The translations under genes and the position numbers were made by a program. 32,000 nucleotides of DNA, taken from assembly GCA_964425105.1 (NCBI GenBank), contig CAYRLE010000025.1:38-32037 (forward strand), read 5' to 3'. Under the pieces are notes generated by a model. It saw only the letters and a program-made list of their open reading frames with translations. It was not told where the DNA came from and ran no database searches. Shown in pieces: positions 30,858-32,000 of the stretch. This DNA comes from an uncultured Gammaproteobacteria bacterium. GTDB lineage: Bacteria > Pseudomonadota > Gammaproteobacteria > SZUA-140. Positions within the stretch are counted from its first letter, which is position 1. The number at the start of each line of letters is the position of its first letter.

Positions 30858-32000
30858 CTACCTCAACTCGCTGATGGCCAGGGCATAGGGCCCGAGATCG
30901 GCGACGAAGGGCGAGCCCGCCACGCGCTGCAGGCCGCCGCTGCGGGGATCGATGGTGTAGGCGGAGATGTTACCGCTGGCGTTGTTGGCCACGTAAAGAT
31001 AGCGCGACTCGCGGTCCACCACCACGGCGTAGGGATACAACTCAGCGCTGAAGGGGGAACCGGAGATCTTGCTCAAGCGGCCGCTGCCGCCGTCGAGCCG
31101 GAAGGCCGAGACATCATGACTGCCCCAGTTGGCGACATAGACAAAACGGCCGCTGCCATCGACGGTGACGGAATAGGGCTGGATGCCGGCGGCGAAGGGC
31201 GAACCGGGCACTTTCTGCAGGGCGCCGTCGGCAGCGATACGGAAGGCGGAGACGGTGGTGGCGCCATAGTTGGCCGCATAGGCGTAGCGGCTGTCCGGGG
31301 AAATGGTCACATAGATGGGATGCTCATCGGTGGCCGCCGCTATGCCTACCGGCGTCAGGGCACCGCTTTCCTGATCCACCCGGTAACTGCTGACGGTATT
31401 GGAATTGAAATTGGAGACATAGGCAAAACGGCCGTTGGGCGCGACGATCACCGCGATGGGATGGGCTCCGGTGGGCGCGGCCTTGCCGCTGTCCGCCAGG
31501 GCACCGCTGGCGGGATCCACGCGGTAGGCACTGACCGTATTGTCATCCTCGTTGGTCACATAGACGAAGCGGCCATCGGGACTGACGATGATGGCATCGG
31601 GATAGTGGCCGGCAGCGAAGGGCGAGCCGGGGATCTCCTCCAGGCGCCCGCTGTCCGCCGCTACCCGGAACGCCGAGACGCTGTCCGCCCCCTGGTTGGT
31701 GACATAGACGAAACGGCCGTCGGGGGATACCGCCACGGAGACGGGAAAGGCGCCGGTCTTGTAAGGGGAACCGGGCACCGGCTGCAATTCGCCACTGCTG
31801 CGATCCACGCGATAGACAGTGAGATCGTCCGCCGCCTGATTTGCCGAATAGATGAACTCCCGGTCGGGGCTGCTCTGCAAGGACTGGGACGGCTTTTTGG
31901 CCGCCTGCGCAGTGAAGGCCGGCAACAATATCAGGGCACTCAGCAGTGTGATGGAGAGCCACTGGATAAGACGGGAAAAGAAATGCTGATTGATGGACAT
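30858..32000 (-). CDS. Secreted 7-bladed beta-propeller protein, lactonase / YVTN-repeat family
   Basis: 380-aa ORF with the signal peptide MSINQHFFSRLIQWLSITLLSALILLPAFTAQA. It has repeated ~47-aa units with SPDGRFVYVTNxxxxxVSAFRV-type motifs. The start codon sits at the window edge, so the true start could lie outside the window. Confidence 0.8.
   Translation of the reverse strand: MSINQHFFSRLIQWLSITLLSALILLPAFTAQAAKKPSQSLQSSPDREFIYSANQAADDLTVYRVDRSSGELQPVPGSPYKTGAFPVSVAVSPDGRFVYVTNQGADSVSAFRVAADSGRLEEIPGSPFAAGHYPDAIIVSPDGRFVYVTNEDDNTVSAYRVDPASGALADSGKAAPTGAHPIAVIVAPNGRFAYVSNFNSNTVSSYRVDQESGALTPVGIAAATDEHPIYVTISPDSRYAYAANYGATTVSAFRIAADGALQKVPGSPFAAGIQPYSVTVDGSGRFVYVANWGSHDVSAFRLDGGSGRLSKISGSPFSAELYPYAVVVDRESRYLYVANNASGNISAYTIDPRSGGLQRVAGSPFVADLGPYALAISELR

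Overview
About 62% GC proteobacterial chromosomal segment; the gene order looks gammaproteobacterial. It is densely coding, with no mobile-element genes, CRISPR arrays or rRNA. Left to right: the 3' end of a tRNA; a GAF-like/HD-GYP c-di-GMP phosphodiesterase; a fused class II aldolase/short-chain dehydrogenase; a FlhG/FleN-type MinD/ParA ATPase with an unusual repeat-containing C-terminal extension; a complete pgaABCD (PGA exopolysaccharide) operon; on the minus strand, the TCA block sucA-sucB-lpdA-sucC-sucD; a lower-GC TPR protein gene; a prkA-yeaH-spoVR operon behind a textbook sigma-54 promoter; three small hypothetical genes; putA; and a secreted YVTN/lactonase-type beta-propeller. Five things deserve a second look. 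(1) The FlhG-like ATPase, with a 4x ~40-aa repeat domain, sits directly upstream of pgaABCD and may be a BcsQ-like partner for PGA synthesis. (2) A family of heptanucleotide tandem repeats (GTRATGV / GTGAGGS) sits at gene 3' ends, forms long hairpins and supplies the last codons and stop codons of pgaD, sucD and lpdA. (3) A 139-bp element with 33-bp near-perfect terminal inverted repeats lies in the sucA leader. (4) The sigma-54 promoter region of the prkA operon. (5) The cluster of small ORFs between spoVR and putA. All functional calls come from motif and family recognition by eye; no database search was possible.
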